NCBI GenBank assembly: GCA_016787005.1
Contig: JAEUTS010000295.1
Location: 1 to 47,766, forward strand
From: Bacteroidia bacterium
GTDB lineage: Bacteria; Bacteroidota; Bacteroidia; JABDFU01
DNA length: 47,766 nt
Reading direction: 5' to 3'
The number at the start of each line of letters is the position of its first letter. The first letter of the stretch is position 1. The notes beneath the pieces were generated by a model. It worked only from the letters and a program-made list of their open reading frames with translations, was not told the origin of the DNA and searched no databases. Below are positions 34,666 through 43,533 of this stretch, piece after piece. A program made the position numbers and the translations under genes.

Positions 34666-36363
34666 CTATTTAAGCTTATCGGTTACAATTTTTAATATGG
34701 CTGCCTCCAGTTGCTGAGCTTTCATTTGCAATTCTTCTCCTTTTTTAATGATATCATCGGCAAAAGCCCTGTCCTGCAGGCCTTGTGCGTTCACCCGAAC
34801 ATTCAGGTAAGCTCCCATAACTGCGCTGCGGGCACAAAGGGCTCCAACACCTGCATCTGTTACCGAATTAGGGTTACCCGTTTCTGCCATCGCTTTAATA
34901 ATATCCATTGATCGTAATGTTACCTGCATCACTTTGAACGGTACTTCCGTGGCATATTTGGTCGCTTCCTGTATGGCGGCGGTACGCGACTTTTTTTCTT
35001 CATCGGTTGTTTTAGGTAAACCCAATGCCGTCATTATTTTATTGAACGCATTGGTGTCTTCGTCAACAAGGCTTACTAATTCCGATTTAATATGCTGACC
35101 TTTTTCGGCCCATTGGGAGAACTCTTCCCAGCGTTCGTCCCAGCCTGGTTTGTGTGAGGACAAGTTGGCCACCATTGTTCCTAATGCCGCGCCCAAAGCG
35201 CCCATATAGGCTGATATTGATCCGCCTCCAGGGGCCGGACTTTCACTTGCCGTTTCGTCGGCAAAACCGGAGAGCGACATATTTATTAATCTGCTTTTTG
35301 ATGAATCTTTCAACAAATATTCAATGATACGTTCTTCGGGTTTGAAAGGGCCAAGTTCATCAAGCCCCAATGACTTGATCGCGATTTTTATCAGTTCCTT
35401 CTCCGAAACACCGGTTGATCGTTTTTGTTTTTTCAGGAAATAAATTCCCGCATCGATCAAAGACTGAAGAGGAATCAATCCCACCAATTCGGAACCGGTA
35501 ACACGTATGCCCCGTTCGGCGGCCTTTTTAGAGACCTCGTCAAACGCTATGTGTACAGGTGTTATATTGATATTTGTTAAATTCATTGAAATCTGGGCAA
35601 TACCATATTCCTCAATATACCAGCCAATGGCCTTCACACTTTTTAAAGTACCAGGTATATAAACGGGGTTGCCTTTAGTGTCGTTCACTATTTTCCCGGT
35701 AACAGGGTTTCCTTCACGCTTTACACGTCCCGTTTCACGTACGTCAAAGGCTATAGCATTGGCTCTACGCACAGAAGTGGTATTCAGGTTAATATTGTAG
35801 GCCACAAGGAAATCACGTGCACCTATAACTGTGGCACCGCTCCTGGCGGGAAATTCATCCTTGCCAAAATCGGGTTTCCATTCCGGTAGTTTTATTTTTT
35901 TGAAAAAGCCTTCATATTCACCGGCACGTATAACCGACAGGTTTTTACGTGCAGGATTGCTCTGAGCGGACTCGTACAAATAAACAGGTATTCCCAGTTC
36001 TTTGCCCACGCGGGCTCCCAGCCTTTTAGCATACTCCGCAGTTTCCTCCATACTTATTCCCGAAATGGGTATCAACGGACAAACATCAGTAGCCCCCATG
36101 CGTGGGTGCTCTCCTTTGTGTTTACTCATATCGATCACTTCAGCAGCTTTTTTAATGGCACTGAAAGCCGCTTCACAAACGGCTTCAGGTGAACCTACAA
36201 AAGTCACAACAGTGCGGTTGGTGGCTTTCCCGGGGTCAACATTTAAAAGTCGTATGCCGTCTGTACTTTCTATCACATCTGTGATCTGTTTGATCACGTT
36301 CATGTCGCGTCCTTCACTGAAGTTGGGAACGCATTCGATCAATTTGTTGTTTACAGAGCTCAT
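34666..36363 (-). CDS. ftcD: Bifunctional glutamate formimidoyltransferase / formimidoyl-THF cyclodeaminase
   Basis: N-terminal IECVPNFSEGRD (formiminotransferase) and C-terminal ASESPAPGGGSISAYMGALGAALGTMV (cyclodeaminase). Confidence 0.85.
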   Translation of the reverse strand: MSSVNNKLIECVPNFSEGRDMNVIKQITDVIESTDGIRLLNVDPGKATNRTVVTFVGSPEAVCEAAFSAIKKAAEVIDMSKHKGEHPRMGATDVCPLIPISGISMEETAEYAKRLGARVGKELGIPVYLYESAQSNPARKNLSVIRAGEYEGFFKKIKLPEWKPDFGKDEFPARSGATVIGARDFLVAYNINLNTTSVRRANAIAFDVRETGRVKREGNPVTGKIVNDTKGNPVYIPGTLKSVKAIGWYIEEYGIAQISMNLTNINITPVHIAFDEVSKKAAERGIRVTGSELVGLIPLQSLIDAGIYFLKKQKRSTGVSEKELIKIAIKSLGLDELGPFKPEERIIEYLLKDSSKSRLINMSLSGFADETASESPAPGGGSISAYMGALGAALGTMVANLSSHKPGWDERWEEFSQWAEKGQHIKSELVSLVDEDTNAFNKIMTALGLPKTTDEEKKSRTAAIQEATKYATEVPFKVMQVTLRSMDIIKAMAETGNPNSVTDAGVGALCARSAVMGAYLNVRVNAQGLQDRAFADDIIKKGEELQMKAQQLEAAILKIVTDKLK

Positions 36364-37610
36364 TGCTTTATAATAGTTCCGTTAATAATTACTGTTTCAA
36401 TTAAATTACTTCCGAACGAATAAGGTAAAAAGGAATAACCCGGAATTTCTTTGGTAATAAATACGTTGGCTTTTTTGCCGATCGCGATACTGCCGTGAGT
36501 TGTACTCAGATCCATTGCGTACGCAGTATTTATTGTCGCCGCGTTGATCGCTTCTTCGGGTGTCATTTTGTATTGTATGCAACTCAAAGCTATCATTAAA
36601 TTCATGTTCCCGCTTGGACTGCTGCCCGGGTTGTAATCGCTGGCAATAGCAACAGGTAATCCTGCATTTATCATTTTACGTACGGGCGGGTGGGGGAGTT
36701 GTAAAAAAAACTGAGCGCCTGGCAAAATAGTTGGCATGGTAATGGAATTTTTGATCAGTTCAATTTCTTTTTCTTCAACATATTCTAAGTGATCCACACT
36801 AATGGCGTTACAATAAACTCCCGCTTCAACACCACCTGAGTTGCTCAGTTGCTCGGCATGGACTTTTGGTTTTAATCCATGTTTTAATCCGGCTTCTAAA
36901 ATTTTTATTGATTCTTCTTTTGTGAAATAATTGTTCTCACAAAACACATCGCAGTATTCTGCTAATTTCTCTTCGGCAATTGCGGGGAGCATTTTATCAA
37001 TGATCAGGCTGATATATCTGGCTTTGTCTCCTTTGTACTCTGCCGGTACTGCATGCGCTCCCAGGAATGTTGCCTTGATAGTAAGCGGCGACAGTTCCTT
37101 CAGTTTTTTTATCACGCGCAGCATTTTCAACTCACTTTCAAGACTCAGTCCGTAACCACTTTTAATTTCAACAGCGCAAGTACCTTGTTTCATGACCTCA
37201 TCCAGGCGAACTAACGCACTTTGTATAAGTTCTTCCTCTGAAGCATTTCTCAATCGTTGAGCCGAGTTTAATATTCCACCTCCTCTTTGCGCGATCTGTT
37301 CGTAGCTAAGGCCATTCAAGCGGTCAACAAATTCGCTTTCGCGGCTATCGGCATAAACAATATGGGTATGTGAGTCGCACCAGCCCGGGAAAACCAATTT
37401 ATCAGTAGCGTCTATAACTGTAAGCTTCGTCCAGTCAGATATGCCCGGAAAATCATCCATTTTACCATGATCCGCGATCAAACCATCGTCGATAGCCAGC
37501 CATGCATCATTAATACTGGGAAGGTTTTTCATTTCTGCACCGCAAACCCTCGAACGGTCATTGTCATCAACCTGAACCAGTGTTTTTATATTCTTAATGA
37601 GAATGCGCAT
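36360..37610 (-). CDS. hutI: Imidazolonepropionase
   Basis: PGWCDSHTHIVYADSRE, HAEQLSNSGG and ASDYNPGSSP. Has a 4-nt ATGA overlap with ftcD. Confidence 0.9.
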   Translation of the reverse strand: MRILIKNIKTLVQVDDNDRSRVCGAEMKNLPSINDAWLAIDDGLIADHGKMDDFPGISDWTKLTVIDATDKLVFPGWCDSHTHIVYADSRESEFVDRLNGLSYEQIAQRGGGILNSAQRLRNASEEELIQSALVRLDEVMKQGTCAVEIKSGYGLSLESELKMLRVIKKLKELSPLTIKATFLGAHAVPAEYKGDKARYISLIIDKMLPAIAEEKLAEYCDVFCENNYFTKEESIKILEAGLKHGLKPKVHAEQLSNSGGVEAGVYCNAISVDHLEYVEEKEIELIKNSITMPTILPGAQFFLQLPHPPVRKMINAGLPVAIASDYNPGSSPSGNMNLMIALSCIQYKMTPEEAINAATINTAYAMDLSTTHGSIAIGKKANVFITKEIPGYSFLPYSFGSNLIETVIINGTIIKQ

Positions 37611-37704
37611 AGGCCGAATAGAAGGCGATAAAGATAAGAATTAAAGGAAGAAGGTTCTATTCTTTGTGGTTGATTTTCTGAGACTTGGGGGATTTTGGCC
37701 TCCT

Positions 37705-38421
37705 TCATTTGGAGTGGACTGCGTGGGGTCTCTTTTTTTTCTTTCTCCAAGAGTGAATATCATCAGAAATACGATCAAAGAAGGCGGTGGCGCTGATGGA
37801 CCAGAACATTCCATCGTATTCGGTATTGAATGCGCTTGCCATTAAACTATAGCGATACCCTAAAAGACCGTTTATGCCAAACCATCGAAATGCCTTCATG
37901 CCGAAAAATGCGGGAAGCTTAAATGACAATGATAAGCCTGCCCCGGTAGGGAAAAAGTCTTTGATGTCCTGGCCCAGGAAAATATTATTACCGTTATAAA
38001 CTTTAAAATAGGATTTTCCGTACCCGACCTCAAATGGCACACTCAGCTCCCAGTATTCTCTGCTGAGAAGAAATGGTTCTAAATAAAATGTCCCGTAATA
38101 TACATTCCTTCGCGCGAAGTAAAAGGGTTGGCCATTTTGATCGAGTATTTTACTTTTTAAGTTTTTCGATAAAAAATAGGCGCCAAAACCCGCTTTAAAG
38201 CTTTCATTGATAAGAATACCTATACGTGCTCCCCAAATATTTACAGGGCTATTGTGTATAAATGAAAAACGCTGATCTATATCAAAGGAGGGCTTTATAC
38301 TATATATGATTTTTTTAGGTCTTAAAGTATCTGATTCTTGTGCCCGGACAGGTGAAGCAACATAAGTTAACATGAAGCTGATAAGTAATATTTTAATTCG
38401 GTCGGGAAGTTTCATTTGCAT
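37705..38421 (-). CDS. Hypothetical secreted / outer-membrane-like protein
   Basis: Signal-like N-terminus (ILLISFMLTYVASPVRAQ), aromatic-rich alternating pattern and a basic tail. No family recognised. Confidence 0.5.
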   Translation of the reverse strand: MQMKLPDRIKILLISFMLTYVASPVRAQESDTLRPKKIIYSIKPSFDIDQRFSFIHNSPVNIWGARIGILINESFKAGFGAYFLSKNLKSKILDQNGQPFYFARRNVYYGTFYLEPFLLSREYWELSVPFEVGYGKSYFKVYNGNNIFLGQDIKDFFPTGAGLSLSFKLPAFFGMKAFRWFGINGLLGYRYSLMASAFNTEYDGMFWSISATAFFDRISDDIHSWRKKKKRPHAVHSK

Positions 38422-38489
38422 TAGACTTATAGTAAAATTAGATGGTTTAATATTAATAAGCGAATACCCTGTTTAATCTTCAAAATCCG

Positions 38490-38497
38490 TACTTTTG
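38490..38497 (+). promoter_or_regulatory. Candidate aroC -7 box TActTTTG
   Basis: Ends 5 nt before the aroC ATG at 38503, which implies a leaderless mRNA. Confidence 0.35.
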
Positions 38498-38502
38498 TTT
38501 GT

Positions 38503-39582
38503 ATGGCAGGTAACACTTTTGGAACACTTTTCAGGTTGACTACCTTTGGCGAATCGCATGGCGAAGCTTTGGGTGGAATTATTGATGGCTGTCCTTCGGG
38601 ATTGGCCCTTGATCTTGATTTTATTCAGCATGAACTGGACAGGAGAAGGCCCGGCCAATCGCATATTGTTACGCAGCGTAAGGAGGGCGATAAAGTAGAG
38701 TTTTTGTCAGGCAATTTTGAGGGGAGAACCACCGGAACGCCTATCGGCTTTATTATCCGTAATGAAAATCAACGCTCCAAAGATTACGAACATATTGTAG
38801 ATGCATACCGTCCATCACATGCCGATTATACATACGATGCAAAGTATGGCATGCGCGATTGGAGAGGCGGCGGACGCTCCTCTGCCCGCGAAACGGTGAG
38901 CAGGGTAGTGGCAGGTGCTGTCGCGAAATTAATTTTAAAGAAATACGGGATAACAATAAGTGCTTATACTTCTCAGGTTGGTGATATAAAACTAATGAAG
39001 GATTACCGCAAACTCGATCTGACAAAAACAGATAGCAATATTGTGCGTTGTCCTGATGCGTTGATCGCCGAAACAATGATCAATCGCATTGAACAGGTGC
39101 GTAAAGAAGGTGATACAATTGGAGGGGTTATTTCATGCGTTGTTACAGGTGTTGCAGCCGGACTTGGAGAACCTGTTTTCGATAAGCTGCATGCCGATCT
39201 TGGGAAGGCTATGCTAAGCATTAACGCGGTAAAAGGTTTTGAGTACGGTTCGGGCTTTGATGGTGTAAGCATGAAAGGCTCGGAACATAATGATCAGTTT
39301 GTTGTTGCAAACAAAGAAGTGCATACAAAGACAAATCATTCCGGCGGAATACAGGGCGGAATTAGTAACGGCGAAGATATTTATTTCCGTGTTGCCTTTA
39401 AACCGGTTGCTACCATTATGAAAAAGCAAACCACTATCAATTCAAAGAAAGAAGAAGTTGAAATGGTCGGTAAAGGCCGCCACGATCCATGTGTATTGCC
39501 CCGCGCGGTACCCATTGTTGAGGCAATGGCTGCATTGGTACTGGTTGATCATATTTTAAGAAATAAAACAAACGCCTCCTAA
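38503..39582 (+). CDS. aroC: Chorismate synthase
   Basis: [33 protein letters not shown]...[18 protein letters not shown] is a full-length, canonical match. Confidence 0.95.
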   Translation: MAGNTFGTLFRLTTFGESHGEALGGIIDGCPSGLALDLDFIQHELDRRRPGQSHIVTQRKEGDKVEFLSGNFEGRTTGTPIGFIIRNENQRSKDYEHIVDAYRPSHADYTYDAKYGMRDWRGGGRSSARETVSRVVAGAVAKLILKKYGITISAYTSQVGDIKLMKDYRKLDLTKTDSNIVRCPDALIAETMINRIEQVRKEGDTIGGVISCVVTGVAAGLGEPVFDKLHADLGKAMLSINAVKGFEYGSGFDGVSMKGSEHNDQFVVANKEVHTKTNHSGGIQGGISNGEDIYFRVAFKPVATIMKKQTTINSKKEEVEMVGKGRHDPCVLPRAVPIVEAMAALVLVDHILRNKTNAS

Positions 39583-39648
39583 ATCCCCCAAATGGGGGAC
39601 TTTAAATTGATTGCGACAGAAAAGCAAGTCCCCCATTTGGGGGATTTA
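39580..39648. terminator. Perfect 22-bp inverted repeat with nested mini-hairpins (aroC terminator and/or repeat element)
   Basis: taaatcccccaaatgggggact (39580-39601) and agtcccccatttgggggattta (39627-39648) are exact reverse complements separated by 25 nt. Each arm contains CCCCC-N4-GGGGG. The left arm starts at the aroC stop codon. Confidence 0.6.
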
Positions 39649-39703
39649 AGGGGCGGGATGGCAAAGACAAAAAATATTTTTAAAAAATATAAAATAAACA
39701 AAC

Positions 39704-42364
39704 ATGAAAAAAGTTCTCAAGTGGTCAGGTATCGTACTCTTAATTTTAATAGTGCTGATCATTGCGTCACCGTTTATTTTTAAAGATAAGATCATCGCGA
39801 AAGTGAAAGAAGAGGCCAATAAAAACCTTAATGCCAAAGTTGATTTCGGAAAGTTCGACCTTACGCTTATCAGCAGTTTCCCAAAATTTACATTGTCAAT
39901 CAACGATGTAAGTATCGCGAATGTCGGGTTGTTTGAAGGAGATACCTTGTTCAGTGCAAAAAATCTGACTGTGTCACTCGACCTGATGAGTGTTATTAAA
40001 GGTGAGCAATACAGCATCCGCTCAATTATAATCGATCATCCCCGCATTAACGCGCAGGTATTAAAAGATGGTAAAGCGAACTGGGATATAACCAAAGCCG
40101 ACAGCTCCGCGAAACCCGAAGCAGCATCGGAACCCACAAAGTTTAAAATGAAACTAAGCAAGTTTGAAATTAAGGAAGGTTACCTTGTTTATAATGATGC
40201 TTCGATGAATTTCAACACAACAATTGTCGGACTCAATCACACATTGAGCGGAGATTTTACACAAGACCTGTTTGATCTTCAAACACTCACTTCTATGGAG
40301 CAGTTTACCACCACCTATGAAGGAGTTACCTATTTAAACAAAGTGAAGACAAATTTGAAGGCCGACCTCGGCGCAGATATGCCGAATTTTAAATTTACAT
40401 TTAAACAAAACGAAATTGCCCTGAATGAATTATCATTTGGTGTTGATGGCTATTTCGCCATGCCTAAAGATGATATGGACATGGATATTAAGTTTAAAGC
40501 CAATCAAAGTGAGTTCAAAAGTTTTTTATCACTCATTCCCGCTGTTTATTCAAAAGATTTCGCCACAGTTAAAACTGCCGGAAAACTGGCGTTCGATGGT
40601 TATGTAAAAGGTATTTACAATGATAAACTCATGCCGGCCTTTGGTATACATGTACTGATCAACGATGCCATGTTCCAGTACCCATCATTGCCCAAAGCGG
40701 TTAAAGACATTGTGGTTGATGTTAAAGTGGATAATAAAGACGGGAAACCCGATAATACAATTATTGATGTAAATAAATTTCACGTTGAAATGGCCGGAAA
40801 TCCTGTTGATGTGAAGATGCACATTACCACACCTGTTTCGGATGCCAATATTGATGGATCGATTATGGGTCGTGTTAACCTGGCCAGCCTGAAAGATATT
40901 GTGCCAATGGAAAAAGGCGATGAGCTGAACGGAAACATTACAGCCGACCTGAAACTCAAAGGCCGTGTTTCAAAACTGGAACAGGGAAAGTACGAAGAGT
41001 TTGATGCCAAAGGCCAGCTTATTGTGATGGATGTCAACTACAAGAGTGAGAAAGATAATTATGATGTATTGTTGAAGTCAATGACGCTCAATTTTTCACC
41101 AAAGTTTGTTGAACTGGCCGGCTTCGACGCGAAGATGGGCAAGAGTGATATCAAGGCTGATGGCCGCATCGATAACCTGCTGCAATATGTATTTAAAGAA
41201 CAATTGTTAACAGGTACATTTAATATGAAATCGAACCTGATGGATCTGAACCAGTTCATGTCCGGTTCAACTGAGGGGCAAACACCTACACCCGCCGATA
41301 CCGCTTCAATGTCGGTTATACCAGTTCCGGCCAATATCGATTTCACTTTAACTACCAGTATCGGCAAATTGCTTTACACTAACCTCGAGTTATCCGACAT
41401 TGTCGGCAAAGTGGTAATAAAAGATTCAAGGATCGATCTGCAAAATCTGAAAATGAATACCACTACTATTGAGGGATCAATGGCCCTGAGCGGCTATTAC
41501 GATACAAAGGATGTGAACAAGCCCAACATTAACTTTAAGATAGACGCGAAAGACCTGAATGTGGCGAAAACCTTCCAGACATTTAACACTGTTCAAAAGC
41601 TGGCGCCTGTTGGTAAATATGCCAATGGTAAATTCTCAACCCAGCTTGATTTTATAGCCGCGCTCGATAAAAAAATGATGCCTGTAATGAACACACTTAC
41701 GGGGGGAGGCAAACTTCAAACCAAAGCCGTTAAAGTGGAAGGCTTCGGGCCCATGAATAAACTGGCTGATGCACTGAAGATGGAAAAATTTAAAAAGGCC
41801 GATTTCAGTGACCTCGATCTGAGTTTTCGCTTTGAGGACGGCCGAGTAAAAGTTGATCCCTTTGATTTTAAACTGGGTGATGTAAAAGGAAAGATCGGTG
41901 GCTCGAACGGTTTCGACCAGACCATTGATTATATCTGGGACTTGCAAATGCCGCGCTCAGCTTTGGGTTCACAAGCCAACAGTGTAATTAGCGGTTTGGT
42001 TTCGCAGGCCAACAGCAAAGGAGCTAACTTAAGTGTGGGCGATAACATCAGTCTGAAAGCATTGTTTGGAGGTACTGTAATGAACCCTACAGTTAAAACG
42101 AGCTTAAAGGATGCGGCTGGCAATGTAAAGGAAGACCTCAAAGCCAAAGCCACAGAAGAAATTGACAAGAAAAAGAAAGAGCTGGAAGACAAAGCTAAAG
42201 CCGAGGCCGACCGCCTGAAAAAGGAAGCTGAAGATAAAGCCAAAGCCGAAGCCGATCGCTTGAAAAAGGAAGCGGAAGACGCTGTTAACAAGGCGGCAGA
42301 TGATGCCAAGAAAAAAGCCGCCGATGAAGCGAAGAAGAAGTTGAAGGGGTTGTTGGGGAAGTAG
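39704..42364 (+). CDS. AsmA-family outer-membrane biogenesis / lipid-transport-like protein with Lys/Ala/Glu-rich C-terminal tail
   Basis: N-terminal anchor KWSGIVLLILIVLIIASPFIF, followed by the AsmA-like KVKEEANKNLNAKVDFGKFDLTLISSFPKFTLSINDVSI. Long beta-rich body. Charged repeat tail. Confidence 0.8.
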   Translation: MKKVLKWSGIVLLILIVLIIASPFIFKDKIIAKVKEEANKNLNAKVDFGKFDLTLISSFPKFTLSINDVSIANVGLFEGDTLFSAKNLTVSLDLMSVIKGEQYSIRSIIIDHPRINAQVLKDGKANWDITKADSSAKPEAASEPTKFKMKLSKFEIKEGYLVYNDASMNFNTTIVGLNHTLSGDFTQDLFDLQTLTSMEQFTTTYEGVTYLNKVKTNLKADLGADMPNFKFTFKQNEIALNELSFGVDGYFAMPKDDMDMDIKFKANQSEFKSFLSLIPAVYSKDFATVKTAGKLAFDGYVKGIYNDKLMPAFGIHVLINDAMFQYPSLPKAVKDIVVDVKVDNKDGKPDNTIIDVNKFHVEMAGNPVDVKMHITTPVSDANIDGSIMGRVNLASLKDIVPMEKGDELNGNITADLKLKGRVSKLEQGKYEEFDAKGQLIVMDVNYKSEKDNYDVLLKSMTLNFSPKFVELAGFDAKMGKSDIKADGRIDNLLQYVFKEQLLTGTFNMKSNLMDLNQFMSGSTEGQTPTPADTASMSVIPVPANIDFTLTTSIGKLLYTNLELSDIVGKVVIKDSRIDLQNLKMNTTTIEGSMALSGYYDTKDVNKPNINFKIDAKDLNVAKTFQTFNTVQKLAPVGKYANGKFSTQLDFIAALDKKMMPVMNTLTGGGKLQTKAVKVEGFGPMNKLADALKMEKFKKADFSDLDLSFRFEDGRVKVDPFDFKLGDVKGKIGGSNGFDQTIDYIWDLQMPRSALGSQANSVISGLVSQANSKGANLSVGDNISLKALFGGTVMNPTVKTSLKDAAGNVKEDLKAKATEEIDKKKKELEDKAKAEADRLKKEAEDKAKAEADRLKKEAEDAVNKAADDAKKKAADEAKKKLKGLLGK
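42185..42274 (+). repeat. Two exact 15-aa repeats (EDKAKAEADRLKKEA) encoded by 45-nt units that differ only at synonymous sites
   Basis: The units at 42185-42229 and 42230-42274 differ at 6 positions (gac/gat, gct/gcc, gag/gaa, gac/gat, ctg/ttg, gct/gcg). All six differences are synonymous. Confidence 0.8.
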
Positions 42365-42469
42365 GGCGGGGAAGCAAAAAACTATCTTGTTCCATTATAA
42401 TTTAACAAAATGGAATGAGAGTATACTCTTAATTAATATAGAAGAATCCGGCAAGTTGGTGTAATCCAA

Positions 42470-43366
42470 ATGAAAGTTGAAACAAAATACTTTTGTAGAA
42501 ATTGTAAAGGAGCAAGAAATCATTCTGTTCTTTATGAAAAAAAACTAAAGGGATCAGACGAAGAGTATTCCTTTCATTGGATTGATTCTTATTTTGTAAT
42601 AGAATGTGCAGGGTGTGAAACGTTATCCTTTTTGAAAGTATATGGTGATTCTGAAATGTATTATCTTGACGAAGAAGGGGAGCAACAGTACGAGCATGAT
42701 GTAAAAATATTTCCAAATCACTTGGAAGGGTGCACTGAACTTGAATATATCCATTTGTTGCCACCCACAATTAAGGCAATTTATGAGGAAACCATCATTG
42801 CTTTAAAGGCCAAAGCTTTCATTTTGACGGCTGGTGGCTTAAGGGCAATTATTGAAGCAATATGTAATCATCTCAAGATAAAGAAGAACGATCTATCTAA
42901 TCGAATAGATTTGCTTCATGAAAAAGGTTTCTTGACTATTAATGAGTCTAGACGACTACATTCAATTAGATTTTTGGGGAATGATGCGTTACATGAAATA
43001 AAAGCACCGAAAAAAGAGCAGATATTTACACTGTTGGAAATTGTAAATCATTTATTAGAAAACCTATTTATTGCCGATAATAAGATTGGCCATAATATTG
43101 ACAGATTAATTGATAAGTATGAGGAATTTATAAAGCTTTTACGAAATAAAATCAGTAAAGAGCAAATATACCATGAAATGACTTTGAAGAATATTCTTGG
43201 AAAATCTTTAAGGCTTATCAGGCCCAAAGAATTTAAGGAATTTGAAAGAAGGTTAAAAGAGGATATTAATAAGGGCGTTATAGATTATTTGTCAATAATA
43301 AATATTAAAGATCCGCTTACTTTTAAAATTTTGAAAATGCCAGAGTCTTTTTTCGATTTCTCTTAA
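42470..43366 (+). CDS. Zn-ribbon + DUF4145-like domain protein
   Basis: CRNC...(37 aa)...CAGC forms a four-Cys ribbon. The region AGGLRAIIEAICNHLKI...LSNRIDLLHEKGFLTINESRRLHSIRFLGNDALHE matches my memory of the DUF4145 core (helix ... iR..GN.aaHe). Confidence 0.65.
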   Translation: MKVETKYFCRNCKGARNHSVLYEKKLKGSDEEYSFHWIDSYFVIECAGCETLSFLKVYGDSEMYYLDEEGEQQYEHDVKIFPNHLEGCTELEYIHLLPPTIKAIYEETIIALKAKAFILTAGGLRAIIEAICNHLKIKKNDLSNRIDLLHEKGFLTINESRRLHSIRFLGNDALHEIKAPKKEQIFTLLEIVNHLLENLFIADNKIGHNIDRLIDKYEEFIKLLRNKISKEQIYHEMTLKNILGKSLRLIRPKEFKEFERRLKEDINKGVIDYLSIINIKDPLTFKILKMPESFFDFS

Positions 43367-43509
43367 CTATGTTCAGCACCTTGGTCTTTCCTAGGCTACA
43401 TGAACATTAAGTCGATTCAATACTGTCAACTATTTTCGCAAGATTACTTCGAAATATTTTTAGTTCAGCACAGTTATTATATAAGAATTTAACATTGTAC
43501 GATTAGATT

Positions 43510-43517
43510 TACATTTG
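43510..43517 (+). promoter_or_regulatory. Candidate -7 box TAcaTTTG
   Basis: 17 nt upstream of the ATG at 43534. Confidence 0.4.
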
Positions 43518-43533
43518 TAAAAAATGTGATTTT

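Noticed and set aside
34666-37610. ftcD-hutI without hutH/hutU as an unusual partial pathway
   Set aside because: The FtcD route for formiminoglutamate is a known variant of histidine degradation. The missing genes may simply lie elsewhere, so nothing in the sequence itself is anomalous.
38473-38664. 63-aa minus-strand ORF overlapping the aroC start
   Set aside because: It is antisense to the highly conserved chorismate synthase N-terminus. The aroC frame is unambiguous.
39592-40017. 63-aa (+) and 123-aa (-) ORFs at the aroC/AsmA-gene junction
   Set aside because: The first is generated by the GC-rich inverted repeat (MGDFK...PHLGDLRGG mirrors the two arms). The second is antisense to the AsmA-family N-terminus. 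Neither has a promoter or a plausible protein pattern.
41059-42309. Antisense ORFs (102, 103, 69 and 126 aa) across the 3' half of the AsmA-family gene
   Set aside because: They are the complement of the Lys/Ala/Glu-rich coding sequence and give Ser/Ala/Phe low-complexity strings. The sense ORF has a clear AsmA-like N-terminus and a continuous 886-aa frame.
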